The notes beneath the pieces are model-generated. The model saw nothing but the letters and a program-made list of their open reading frames with translations, searched no databases and had not been told where the DNA came from. Source: Eubacteriales bacterium (lineage in GTDB: Bacteria; Bacillota; Clostridia; Oscillospirales; CAG-272). From it: a stretch of DNA of 53,189 nt. Shown in pieces: positions 31,058 to 40,158 of the stretch. Every line of letters starts with the position of its first letter. The first letter of the stretch is position 1. The stretch covers positions 1 through 53,189 of the forward strand of contig JAZOQA010000014.1 of NCBI GenBank assembly GCA_045655765.1, in the 5' to 3' direction. The translations under genes and the position numbers were made by a program.

Positions 31058-31285
31058 TTAACCAACCTTCTTTTCAAGAAAATTAACGATGTCTCCAACG
31101 GTGTTGAAGCCACCAAGCTCATCATCGGCAATTTCGATATTGAACTTTTCCTCACAAGAATATACGAGGTCGGCAAGGTCGAGAGAATTGATGCCTAAAT
31201 CCGCAACAAGCTCAGCCTCCATAGTAATTGCAGCCGCATCTACGTGAAGGTCTTCAACAAGAACCTGCTTTACATTCTCAAACAT
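31058..31285 (-). CDS. acpP: Acyl carrier protein
   Basis: Start MFENVK (ATG 31285, AAGGAGG RBS). DLGINSLD phosphopantetheine site, EEKFNIEI and TVGDIV. Confidence 0.88.
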   Translation of the reverse strand: MFENVKQVLVEDLHVDAAAITMEAELVADLGINSLDLADLVYSCEEKFNIEIADDELGGFNTVGDIVNFLEKKVG

Positions 31286-31330
31286 AAAATACCTCCTTAT
31301 TTCTACGCTAAAATAAAACTGCGCTATTAA

Positions 31331-31359
31331 ATGATACAATATTGTGAACGGTTTGTCAA
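31331..31359 (-). promoter_or_regulatory. SigA-type promoter of acpP
   Basis: Minus strand TTGACA-17 nt-TATCAT. Confidence 0.65.
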
Positions 31360-31474
31360 TAGATTTTATAAAATTTTGCTTCAAATTATCGGAAAAAGCG
31401 ATTTTTTTACCTTAAAATTCAATAAAACCGATCAGAAAAAACTAAAAAAGTAAGTTTATATAAAGGAAAGTATG

Positions 31475-31503
31475 TTGACAATACGGTATTATTATGTTAA
31501 AAT
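31475..31503 (+). promoter_or_regulatory. SigA-type promoter of nfeD-SPFH
   Basis: TTGACA-17 nt-TAAAAT with extended TG. Confidence 0.7.
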
Positions 31504-31532
31504 CAATATATAATAAATGTAGGAGGAATGCT

Positions 31533-31961
31533 ATGATATACGGTTGGATGTGGATTGGTATTATTATCCTCGCTGTCATCATTGAGATGCTCACCGACGG
31601 GCTTGTTGCCATTTGGTTTATTCCGGGAGCGGCACTTTGCGTTGTTTTTGATTTCTTTGGAATGGGCATTCTATGGCAGTCGCTTATTTTCCTCATCATT
31701 ACCTGTATTGGTATAGTGGTAGGAAAGATGTTTCTTTCAAAAAGACTAAAGAAGAATATTACAAAAACCAACATCGATGCGATAATCGGAGAAAGATGCG
31801 TAGTTACCGAAAAAATCGATAATTACAGAGGCTGCGGCCAGGCAAAGGTTAAAGGACAGATTTGGTCCGCAAGGGGTGTTGGAGAGGACGACGTATTTGA
31901 GGTCGGAGAGACGCTTCACGTCGTTGCTATTGAGGGCGTAAAGCTCATTTGCAAAAAGTAA
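31533..31961 (+). CDS. NfeD family membrane protein
   Basis: N-terminal transmembrane segments, then OB-fold G.AKVKGQIWSAR..V..IEGVKL; AGGAGG RBS before ATG 31533; partner of the SPFH gene. Confidence 0.9.
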   Translation: MIYGWMWIGIIILAVIIEMLTDGLVAIWFIPGAALCVVFDFFGMGILWQSLIFLIITCIGIVVGKMFLSKRLKKNITKTNIDAIIGERCVVTEKIDNYRGCGQAKVKGQIWSARGVGEDDVFEVGETLHVVAIEGVKLICKK

Positions 31962-31984
31962 TTATATAAAAGGAGAGTTAAAAT

Positions 31985-32914
31985 ATGTGGCCGCTTATAG
32001 CACTTGGCATAATTCTTTTGTTAGTAATTATAATTGTTATTTCTAACATAAAAATCGTTTCGCAGGCAACAGCACAAGTGGTTGAACGACTTGGCAGCTA
32101 TCGCACTACCTGGACTACGGGCTTGCACATTAAAATCCCGTTTATCGAAACTGTGGCAAAGAAAATCAGCTTAATGGAGCAGGTTGTTGATTTTCCTCCT
32201 CAGCCCGTTATTACAAAGGACAACGTAAGAATGCAAATCGACACTGTCGTTTTCTATCAAATCACGGATTGCAAGCTCTATACCTACGGCGTTGCAAATC
32301 CTCTTATGGCAATAGAAAACCTTACGGCAACCACCCTTAGAAACATAATAGGCGAGCTTGACCTTGACCAAACTCTCACCTCCCGTGATATAATCAACTC
32401 GAAGATGCGTTCCATACTCGACGAGGCGACAGACCCGTGGGGTATTAAGGTTAACCGTGTGGAGCTTAAAAACATTATTCCGCCAAGAGAAATTCAAGAT
32501 GCTATGGAGAAGCAAATGAAAGCGGAAAGAGAACGCCGTGAGCTTATCCTCAGAGCAGAGGGGGAAAAGAACTCAACTATACTTGTAGCAGAGGGACAAA
32601 AGCAGAAAATCATTCTTGCAGCCGAGGCAGAAAAGGCAGCGGCAATACTCAAAGCGGAAGCAATCAAGGAATCAAAGATTAAAGAAGCGGAGGGTGAAGC
32701 CGAGGCAATTCTTAAAATCCAAGAAGCAAGCGCTGCGGGAATCAAAATGATTAACGATTCATCTCCCACAGAGGCGGTGCTTACAATAAAGAGCCTCGAG
32801 GCATTTGAAAAGGTTGCGGACGGTCAGGCGACGAAAATTATAATTCCGTCGAGTATTCAAGGAATTGCAGGTCTTGCAAGTGCCATTACCGAAAGTGTAA
32901 AATCGGATAAATAA
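31985..32914 (+). CDS. SPFH/band 7 (stomatin/QmcA-like) protein
   Basis: VVERLG, VITKDNV, TLRNIIG, DPWGIKVNRVE and QMKAERERR coiled coil. Confidence 0.95.
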   Translation: MWPLIALGIILLLVIIIVISNIKIVSQATAQVVERLGSYRTTWTTGLHIKIPFIETVAKKISLMEQVVDFPPQPVITKDNVRMQIDTVVFYQITDCKLYTYGVANPLMAIENLTATTLRNIIGELDLDQTLTSRDIINSKMRSILDEATDPWGIKVNRVELKNIIPPREIQDAMEKQMKAERERRELILRAEGEKNSTILVAEGQKQKIILAAEAEKAAAILKAEAIKESKIKEAEGEAEAILKIQEASAAGIKMINDSSPTEAVLTIKSLEAFEKVADGQATKIIIPSSIQGIAGLASAITESVKSDK

Positions 32915-32925
32915 CAGCATAACAG

Positions 32926-32960
32926 AGAGCGGGGACATATTAAAATACGTCTCCGCTTTT
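32926..32960 (+). terminator. Intrinsic terminator after SPFH
   Basis: AGCGGGGAC/GTCTCCGCT stem followed by a T-tract. Confidence 0.7.
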
Positions 32961-33018
32961 AATATCACGCTTTCATTGAACTTTTTTGCGAAAAGTTGAA
33001 AAATGTTTCAAAAAGCAC

Positions 33019-33047
33019 TTGACAAACACTAATTGTTCTGTTATAAT
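33019..33047 (+). promoter_or_regulatory. Consensus SigA promoter of the tRNA pair
   Basis: TTGACA-17 nt-TATAAT with extended TG. Confidence 0.85.
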
Positions 33048-33065
33048 ATAAACCGTTCTGGGTAT

Positions 33066-33142
33066 GCGTCTTTAGCTCAGCTGGATAGAGCAACTGCCTT
33101 CTAAGCAGTAGGTCGGGGGTTCGAGTCCCTCAAGGCGCGCCA
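33066..33142 (+). tRNA. tRNA-Arg(UCU)
   Basis: Acceptor GCGTCTT/AAGGCGC, D-stem GCTC/GAGC, anticodon arm ACTGC-CT TCT AA-GCAGT, T-loop TTCGAGT, encoded CCA. Confidence 0.97.
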
Positions 33143-33149
33143 TTTATAC

Positions 33150-33227
33150 GGTGGAATTAGCTCAGTTGGTAGTAGCGCCAGGTTGTGGCCCTGGAGGTCG
33201 TGGGTTCGAGCCCCATATTTCACCCCA
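33150..33227 (+). tRNA. tRNA-His(GUG)
   Basis: G-1 and C73, acceptor GTGGAAT/ATTTCAC, anticodon arm CCAGG-TT GTG GC-CCTGG, T-loop TTCGAGC, encoded CCA. Confidence 0.96.
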
Positions 33228-33235
33228 TAATACAG

Positions 33236-33264
33236 AGAAGTACCGCTTTTGCGGTGCTTTTTCT
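33236..33264 (+). terminator. Terminator after the tRNAs
   Basis: AAGTACCGC-TTTT-GCGGTGCTT followed by T residues. Confidence 0.8.
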
Positions 33265-33265
33265 A

Positions 33266-33294
33266 TTGACTTTCATTTTACTTTGTATTATAAT
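33266..33294 (+). promoter_or_regulatory. SigA-type promoter of the MBL-ASRT gene
   Basis: TTGACT-17 nt-TATAAT. Confidence 0.75.
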
Positions 33295-33326
33295 ATACAT
33301 ATATTAACGTTATCAAGGAGCCTATT

Positions 33327-34886
33327 ATGAATGCCGTGAAAATTCCTGCATTTGACGAAGCAAACGTAACTGTCACAAGAGAGAACAAGAACTCCGTCGT
33401 TTATTTCTTTAAAAATTCCGTTAAGGATAGCTTTGATGCATATTGTGAGTATCTTGAGAAAAACGGAGCGGAAAAACGAGAGACGTTTGATAGGGATGGG
33501 CACGTTTTTTCGGCATATAAAAATGGGAATATTTCACATTTTCTCAATTATTATGATAAGATAAACGAGCTTTACATCGTAGAGGAAACAGACTCCTTGT
33601 ATTTCGAACACGAAAATCCGCTGGGCGTGAGAGCTTGCAGTCCGCAAATAACGCAAATTCCACTCGAGGAATTCGGTCTTTCGTACGTTGTAAGACTTTC
33701 TGACGGAAGATTTATAATTTTTGACGGCGGTTTTCCCTTTGAGCCTGATGCAACTAAGCTTTTTAATTACTTAAAAGAGAACTCTTCGGGTGAAAAGCCC
33801 AAAATTGCCGCTTGGATTCTTACTCACCCACACGTTGACCATTTTGAGTGCTTCGTGGTCTTTATGGAGCTGTACGGCGAGCTTGTGGATATCGATGCAC
33901 TTTATTATTGCTTCCCCGAGGCAGACGACGTCGAGCATTTTCCTGAAATTGACCCCCCTGCGAAAAAAAATACGGCAAGAAGCTATATTTATAGGTTAAA
34001 CGATTTAATCAAGCGGTTTTCTCTCATTGTATTTACCCCCCACACCGGTCAAACTTACCGTATAGGCGATGCAAAATGTGAAGTTCTTGCGTGTATGGAC
34101 GATTCCGTACATATATCGAGTGCTATCAACTACACATCTCTCGTAATTCGTATGGAGATTGGCGAGCAAGTGATTTTGTGGGGTGCGGATTCCGGATTCG
34201 CCACAGTTAAACTTGCAAAAAAGCACGGCGAATACCTTAAATCGGATATACTCCAGATTCCTCACCACGGATTTGGATGCGGAGATCCCGAGGGCGAAAT
34301 TGAAGCCTATGATTTCATAAAGCCTACGGTTTGCTTAATGCCTACCGATCACTATTACGGTTTTATTACTTATGCAATCCACAAAAAGAGCACACGGCAC
34401 GTTATGACTATGCCAACGACTAAAGAGGTAGTTGTAGCAGATACGCAAAGAACGTTTCCGCTTCCGTACACCCCCAAGGAAGAGGCACAGTCAGAGCTGC
34501 AAAATAAAATTCTTACCGGAATTGATGCTTCCGGCTCGTGTGTTTGGGTCTTTTCCGGCCTTTCGACCGCTAATAAAGAAGATATGTGCTTTGATATTTT
34601 GAATATGGTGCAAAGAACCGACGCAACTGTTTTAATCGAGCTTTTCTTTACGGACAGAAACGGAAAAATCAAAGATATCAGAGTAGAAGTCCCCGCTTGC
34701 GTAATTAAACGGGTTTGTCTTGATGCCGACGACCTTGACAGTGAGTGGCGTTACTTTAACAAATTCTCATTAAAGAAAAAAGGGATACCCGAGGACGCAC
34801 TGTTTGCTGTCCGCTTTATGAGTGATGTTCCTGTCGTAGTAACTAACAAAAATCATAGTGCAAGCTATCACACAATAAACAGATAA
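33327..34886 (+). CDS. ComEC/Rec2-like MBL-fold hydrolase with C-terminal ASRT (sensory rhodopsin transducer)-like domain
   Basis: FDGG, ILTHPHVDH (HxHxDH), INYTSLV and QIPHHG. Residues from about 403 follow the ASRT pattern (see findings). AAGGAG RBS. Confidence 0.75.
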   Translation: MNAVKIPAFDEANVTVTRENKNSVVYFFKNSVKDSFDAYCEYLEKNGAEKRETFDRDGHVFSAYKNGNISHFLNYYDKINELYIVEETDSLYFEHENPLGVRACSPQITQIPLEEFGLSYVVRLSDGRFIIFDGGFPFEPDATKLFNYLKENSSGEKPKIAAWILTHPHVDHFECFVVFMELYGELVDIDALYYCFPEADDVEHFPEIDPPAKKNTARSYIYRLNDLIKRFSLIVFTPHTGQTYRIGDAKCEVLACMDDSVHISSAINYTSLVIRMEIGEQVILWGADSGFATVKLAKKHGEYLKSDILQIPHHGFGCGDPEGEIEAYDFIKPTVCLMPTDHYYGFITYAIHKKSTRHVMTMPTTKEVVVADTQRTFPLPYTPKEEAQSELQNKILTGIDASGSCVWVFSGLSTANKEDMCFDILNMVQRTDATVLIELFFTDRNGKIKDIRVEVPACVIKRVCLDADDLDSEWRYFNKFSLKKKGIPEDALFAVRFMSDVPVVVTNKNHSASYHTINR

Positions 34887-34916
34887 CAAGGTGCTGCCGC
34901 ATTTAGGCAAAACCTG

Positions 34917-34962
34917 ATAAAAAACGAGTGGAGACATTGTAAACGGTGCCTCCACTTTTGCT
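34917..34962. repeat. Terminator-like dispersed repeat, copy 1
   Basis: ATAAAAAACGAGTGGAGACATTGTAAACGGTGCCTCCACTTTTGCT; closely similar to 44777-44834. Confidence 0.7.
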
Positions 34963-35070
34963 TTGTGCTTATTTCATTGATTTTGAGATTAAAGACCTAT
35001 GGTTTTCCTCGATTTTTATTGTTTTTTATTCTATCTTCGCTCTCTCCCTCGACGTATTGAGATACCTCTT

Positions 35071-37443
35071 CTATTTAAAGGATTTTTTAATAACTTTATT
35101 TATAACACTTTGGTCTTTCAGGGAAACTTTAATTAAATCCTCACGCTCGCATTCATTTTTTGAAATCATTATAGCCGCCTTGTTTTCTATATTCTGTTTT
35201 ACAAAAGACAGAATGTTCCTTACTCCGCCGCTCAATAGTCCTTTTCGAGCTATAAAATCTATTGCATCAGATTCAACGGCTATCTCAACACCAAATCTGT
35301 TTAAGCGTTTTGAAAGCTCTGAAATAATTTTCTCGGTAATTTCTTTCAGTGCTGTGAGCGATAAGGAGGAAAAACAGATAATTTCATCTATTCTTCCGAT
35401 AAATTCCGTTGTAAAAAGATCAGTCAGCGATTTATAGCCCGCTTTATTTTCGGAAGATGTGGAAAAACCTATTTCCTTGATTCCGCTTTTCGAGGGGGCG
35501 TTTGAGGTGAGTATTATATATGTGTTCTTGAAAGATATTTCACGTCCGTGCGAGTCGGTTATTTTACCGTAATCTGCGATTTGCAAAAACAGATTTCTGA
35601 CCTCGCCTGAGGCTTTCTCGATTTCATCAAAAAGAACAACGGAGTAGGGCATTCTTCTCACTCGCTCCAAAACCGAGCTTCCATCATCATAACCGACGTA
35701 GCCCGGAGCTGAACCGATAAATTTAGCAACGGAGCTTTGCTCTGAAAATTCGGACATATCGTATCTTATTAAAAATCGTTTGTCACCGAACAGCTCCTTG
35801 GCAAGAGCCTCGGCAAGTGCTGTTTTGCCAACTCCGCTTTCTCCGACGAACATAAAAATTCCAAGCGGTCTATCCTTTGCGCCTATGTCTATTCTGTTTC
35901 TAATTATTGCTTCGGTCAGGATTGATATAGCCTCGTTTTGTCCCAAAACCTCGGAGCGAAGCCTTTCGCCAAGATGAAAAAGCTCGTTTGCATCCCCTTT
36001 TATTTCAGCTCCGACAATTTCCGACACCACCGTTTTAATCATCGATTCCGAGAGGTGCGGCTTTGAAGCCTCTCGCTTGTCGGTATCACAAATTCGACGA
36101 AGCTCCGCCTTATAAAGAAGCTCAAGGTCACGCAGCCCAACAGCAAGCTCAAAGTCAAGATTGCTTACAGCATCCTCTTTATCGGCTTGAATCTGCCTTA
36201 TTTTTTCATCGATATTTTTAACATCTTCATTTATGACCTTAAATTCGAGTGCACATTTTGCACTTGCCTCGTCAAGCAGGTCTATCGCCTTGTCTGGCAT
36301 ATGTCTGTCGTTAATGTAACGTGCCGAAAGCTCTGCGGCAGCCACCAAAGCATTGTCCTCGATTACTATTCCGTGATGCTCCTCATAGCTTTTTTTAATT
36401 CCCCTTAGGATTTCAACCGTTCCCTCTGTGGTCGGCTCTCGTACCTCTATCGGCTGAAATCTGCGTTCCAAAGCACTGTCCTTTTCGATGTATTTACGAT
36501 ACTCGGAAAAGGTTGTAGCACCTATGAGCTGTATCTCGGCACGTGCAAGCTTGGGCTTCAATATGTTTGCAGCATCTATAGCCCCCTCGGCTGCTCCTGC
36601 TCCGACTATAGTATGAATTTCATCAATGAACAAAATTATATTTTTGTCGCTTGCCGCTTCTTCCGTTATAGCTATTATACGCTCCTCAAAATCACCTCTG
36701 TATTTTGCACCCGCAATCATAGAGGTGAGGTCAACGGATATTATCTCCTTACCGTAAAGCGAAGGCGGAACGTCTCTTTTGGCAATTCTTGCGGCAAGAC
36801 CTTCGACTATAGCCGTCTTTCCGACTCCCGCCTCTCCAACAAGGCAAGGGTTATTCTTGTTTTTTCTTGTGAGAACACGTATCAGACGGTCTATCTCCGC
36901 ATCACGACCAATCAAGGGATCAAATCCGTCTGCTAAAGATGTAAGATTTTTTCCGAATTTCGTAAGAGACGGGTGCTTTGATTTTTCCGAGGATTTAGGT
37001 ATTTTTGAATCCGATGCACGTAGGAGAGTAAGTACCTCGTCCTTTAATGAAAAAACGTCTGTGTCAAGAGCAATCAGCATTTTTCCCGCAACCGATTCAC
37101 GCTCTTCGAGCAAGGCGGCGAGCAAATGCTCAGTCCCGGTCTTTTTGCTGTCGTACTTTCGGGCAACGGCATACGCCCCCTCAATTATGCGTTTTGCAGA
37201 GGGGGTAAGCTCATCAGCACCGAGCTTGCTCTTTGCTCCCTTGCCGCAAAGCTCAATTATCAACGTCTCTATCCTTGATGCACTTATCCCGGCTCTTGCA
37301 AGAACAACCGCAGAGAGCGTATGCTCATCGGAGGAAAGGGCATAAAGAATGTGCTCGCTTCCAATATAAGTATGCCCGAATTTTTCAGCACTCTCCCGTG
37401 CGAATTCTAACGCACGCTCCGCCTTTTCTGTAAATTTGCTCAT
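35071..37443 (-). CDS. ATP-dependent Clp protease ATP-binding subunit (ClpC-like)
   Basis: Clp N-repeats, [35 protein letters not shown]-like coil, [20 protein letters not shown] and an IGF loop. Confidence 0.92.
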   Translation of the reverse strand: MSKFTEKAERALEFARESAEKFGHTYIGSEHILYALSSDEHTLSAVVLARAGISASRIETLIIELCGKGAKSKLGADELTPSAKRIIEGAYAVARKYDSKKTGTEHLLAALLEERESVAGKMLIALDTDVFSLKDEVLTLLRASDSKIPKSSEKSKHPSLTKFGKNLTSLADGFDPLIGRDAEIDRLIRVLTRKNKNNPCLVGEAGVGKTAIVEGLAARIAKRDVPPSLYGKEIISVDLTSMIAGAKYRGDFEERIIAITEEAASDKNIILFIDEIHTIVGAGAAEGAIDAANILKPKLARAEIQLIGATTFSEYRKYIEKDSALERRFQPIEVREPTTEGTVEILRGIKKSYEEHHGIVIEDNALVAAAELSARYINDRHMPDKAIDLLDEASAKCALEFKVINEDVKNIDEKIRQIQADKEDAVSNLDFELAVGLRDLELLYKAELRRICDTDKREASKPHLSESMIKTVVSEIVGAEIKGDANELFHLGERLRSEVLGQNEAISILTEAIIRNRIDIGAKDRPLGIFMFVGESGVGKTALAEALAKELFGDKRFLIRYDMSEFSEQSSVAKFIGSAPGYVGYDDGSSVLERVRRMPYSVVLFDEIEKASGEVRNLFLQIADYGKITDSHGREISFKNTYIILTSNAPSKSGIKEIGFSTSSENKAGYKSLTDLFTTEFIGRIDEIICFSSLSLTALKEITEKIISELSKRLNRFGVEIAVESDAIDFIARKGLLSGGVRNILSFVKQNIENKAAIMISKNECEREDLIKVSLKDQSVINKVIKKSFK

Positions 37444-37498
37444 TCTGTCAGCCCACTCCTATATCTTTTTTCGGAATTATACCCACAGAAGGAGATTT

Positions 37499-37981
37499 TT
37501 AACGCATAGTACTGTTTTTTTCTTCACTTTTCATTAAAGCATATTCATATCTTAGCTTCTCTGTAAAAATTTCGTCCGCCTCGCCGCCTGCATCGAGCAT
37601 ATATACCTCTCTCATTCTTCTGACTCCGCTTTCCGTACGCTCGGAAAAATAATCGGAAACCGGAGGTGGAGTAATCTCGGAATAATAGGCACCGACAGAA
37701 GACAGCATCATATTTAATTCCAGAACGTCATCTCCTCTGTCTCCTCGACGAAGACTTTTTTTAGTTGTTTGTGATGCCAAGTATTGTTGATATATTAAAT
37801 TATACGTTTCATAGTCAACCACGGTATCTTCATTAAGTCCGTTGGAGGACTTGAATTGTCGCACAGCAGTCTTTGTTACCTCGTCATATACGCCTGTTTG
37901 CTTGATATTAACGCCACCTATTCGAGTAAGAAAGCGTTGTATTTCTTTTATATAACTTTCTTTGTCACTTACAAATCTCAT
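37499..37981 (-). CDS. Protein composed of peptidoglycan-binding domains
   Basis: IKEIQRFL..TGVYDEVTKTAVRQFK..NGL and LRRGDRGDDV..LN.ML repeats. Likely start ATG 37981 (GAGG RBS); alternative GTG 37996. Confidence 0.75.
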   Translation of the reverse strand: MRFVSDKESYIKEIQRFLTRIGGVNIKQTGVYDEVTKTAVRQFKSSNGLNEDTVVDYETYNLIYQQYLASQTTKKSLRRGDRGDDVLELNMMLSSVGAYYSEITPPPVSDYFSERTESGVRRMREVYMLDAGGEADEIFTEKLRYEYALMKSEEKNSTMR

Positions 37982-37992
37982 ACTATAAAACC

Positions 37993-39390
37993 TCACGAAA
38001 TTCCATACCCGGGGAACTGCCCTTCATTTACAATGTTTCCAACGTATAGGTCATCGTACACTCTTATTATCGCATTCCAAACCAAGGCGGAAACACGCTC
38101 GGGAGCACCGGGCAGACCGAACTCGCTTTTAAATGCCTCGACTGCCGCCGCCGTTGACTGTCCAAATACACCGTCGGGGGTGATTTTGGGTATATTTGTA
38201 TAAGTGTTTGATATATAGTTTAAATACTCTTGAAGTGCACGCACGTCGTTTCCTTCAAGTCCCGGACGAAGAACACGACCAGGGAAGGGAAGAATCAATC
38301 CCTCTGAAAATTCATAAGGAGATTCTGAAATGAGACCGAGATAAGTATTTTCAATTCTGTTCCACGTAACCAAATCAACCTCGCCTGTCTCGGGGAGCAT
38401 ATAGGTCTTTTGAAATGAAAGTACAGATGCCCTTGTTCCCTCGCCGAACGAGCCGTCAACGTTTGTCGGCTGTACTGTAGGAACGAACAACGCTATATAA
38501 CTGAGATAATACTGTACGGTGACGACTCCCGGCGACTCGACCCCCACACTCAAAGTTCCGGGAAAAGCACTCGGCGTTTCCGAAACTCGAAGCCCCTCGG
38601 AATTAAGCTCATAAAGTCTTTTTACCGCATTGTAAATAAACTGTATTCTGTACCAAGTGGATCTTCCTACAATTCCGTCCACAACAAGCCCGAAGACCTC
38701 TTGAAACTTCTTCACCGCATCTGTAGTGCTTGCATCAAAAAATCCGTCTGTCGGATATATTTTAGGAATTCCCGGGAAGTTTGCAGAAATTCTATTTAAC
38801 TGAATTTGTATTCTTTGAACCTCGTTTCCTGTATCACCCTCACCGATGTCGACGGGCGGAGCACTTTCAGGTATGTTTTCTACAGGAACGTCTCCAACTA
38901 TTTCTATATTGTCACCGTAATAATTTTGTAGTATTTCAAAATATCCCGCCCCCTCATTTGCAAGTTCAACGGTCCCCCATTGAGAAAGCCCTGCGCAGGT
39001 AACCTCAACTCCGTCGCAAAACTGTGCATAAAGAGGCTCAATAAAGCCCTGACGCTTGATATAACTGTCAAAAATCTCGTCAACTATTTCCGATACGTTT
39101 GAAAATATGTCACGCTGATAAATATACCTTTGATCGTGAGCTATTGATGAGGTTATATCAAAATCATACCCACGGCTTCGGTAGAACTCCGTATAGACAC
39201 GGTTTAGTGCAACGGAAATCTGTGCTAAAATATTTGCTTTTAATGACTCCACCGGCCAAGTGGGATAAATTTCGCTTGATGCGACGTTTTTGATGTAATT
39301 CGGAAACGTTTCCGTCACGTTTAATTCATCTGAATCGGGCGGACCGAGATGGATTACTATATTTTCCGGTATTCTGGGGTAGTAGACCAT
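37993..39390 (-). CDS. sleC: SleC-like spore cortex-lytic enzyme (SpoIID/LytB domain plus PG-binding repeats), lacking the N-terminal pre-region
   Basis: IPENIVIHLG.P, YIKNVASSEIYPTWP, LNRVYTEFYR, FCDG..C.GLSQWG and ILQNYYG, followed by three PG_binding_1-type repeats. Confidence 0.85.
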   Translation of the reverse strand: MVYYPRIPENIVIHLGPPDSDELNVTETFPNYIKNVASSEIYPTWPVESLKANILAQISVALNRVYTEFYRSRGYDFDITSSIAHDQRYIYQRDIFSNVSEIVDEIFDSYIKRQGFIEPLYAQFCDGVEVTCAGLSQWGTVELANEGAGYFEILQNYYGDNIEIVGDVPVENIPESAPPVDIGEGDTGNEVQRIQIQLNRISANFPGIPKIYPTDGFFDASTTDAVKKFQEVFGLVVDGIVGRSTWYRIQFIYNAVKRLYELNSEGLRVSETPSAFPGTLSVGVESPGVVTVQYYLSYIALFVPTVQPTNVDGSFGEGTRASVLSFQKTYMLPETGEVDLVTWNRIENTYLGLISESPYEFSEGLILPFPGRVLRPGLEGNDVRALQEYLNYISNTYTNIPKITPDGVFGQSTAAAVEAFKSEFGLPGAPERVSALVWNAIIRVYDDLYVGNIVNEGQFPGYGIS

Positions 39391-39409
39391 AAAATTCTCC
39401 TCTCACGTT

Positions 39410-39820
39410 TTATTCAAGATTTTCGTTTTCTTCAATTACTACGTTTAAATTTCCCTCCGGATATACGTCGTCCTCGACGTAATTTGAAAGCGGTATCATA
39501 GCAACCGGCTGAAATGACTCCGTATCCGCAAAAACAGTCACGTTAAAGAATCTTTTTCTGTAAAACCCACCTCCGAAAATTTCAACGTCGTAAATTGCAT
39601 ACGGCATCTCCGCTGCCCCCGAAGAAAGAGAGTAATTTTTTGCGGGAGTGGGAAGCGTAACCCTCGTTGTCAAGCCGTCTCTGTCTGTTAAAAGTGAATA
39701 TTCTACCAACCTGTTTTCTTCATTCGCTCCACGGATACGCACAAGCACCCCCTCAACGGGCAAGGCACCTCCTGCAGTAAAAGCACGGATATAAAGCGAC
39801 CCTTTTCCTGAAAATTCCAT
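39410..39820 (-). CDS. Stand-alone SleC pre-region-like protein (carboxypeptidase-regulatory-like fold)
   Basis: GSLYIR..ALPVEGVLVRI..TDRDGLT..LPTP...SL..PYAIYDVEI..GF matches the layout of the SleC N-terminal pre-region. Confidence 0.75.
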   Translation of the reverse strand: MEFSGKGSLYIRAFTAGGALPVEGVLVRIRGANEENRLVEYSLLTDRDGLTTRVTLPTPAKNYSLSSGAAEMPYAIYDVEIFGGGFYRKRFFNVTVFADTESFQPVAMIPLSNYVEDDVYPEGNLNVVIEENENLE

Positions 39821-39909
39821 ATTCGCTCCTTTTGTCAGAAATTATTGTTTTATTTTTGCATTTTTGCTTCTAAAAGTAAAATAAAATACGATATTTGGTT
39901 GTTTTTGTA

Positions 39910-39938
39910 TTGACTTTAATTTTATTTTAGTGTATAAT
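39910..39938 (+). promoter_or_regulatory. SigA-type promoter about 270 nt upstream of prs
   Basis: TTGACT-17 nt-TATAAT. Confidence 0.75.
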
Positions 39939-39952
39939 AATTATTACAGTTA

Positions 39953-40158
39953 AAGGTGCTATAGGTCTTAAATGTTCTTTAATTGTGATAAATATCACGT
40001 TATAGAATGATCCCCACACAAAAACAGCGATGCTGTCAAAGAAATTTACCCAGATGAAATTATAAAAAACGCCTTTCGCCGGTGCAAGCCTGTTTCTACT
40101 TGGAAGACGGCTTTGAGCTTAACGCCTGCATCCACAAAAAGGACTAAATGCCAACCTT
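39953..40158 (+). ncRNA. Candidate structured RNA or long 5' leader of prs (family unassigned)
   Basis: Begins just after the promoter; 5' and 3' ends are complementary and there are three internal stems with plus-strand G-U pairs. Confidence 0.4.

Noticed and set aside
33066-35070. Genomic island integrated at tRNA-His or tRNA-Arg
   Set aside because: No integrase and no duplicated tRNA 3' end was seen; only one gene lies before the next convergent gene.
34946-35437. 163-aa plus-strand ORF
   Set aside because: Starts inside a terminator hairpin and is mostly antisense to the Clp ATPase.
40008-40050. Start of a short upstream ORF (MIPTQKQRCCQRNLPR) in the prs leader
   Set aside because: No SD sequence and no attenuator terminator downstream.
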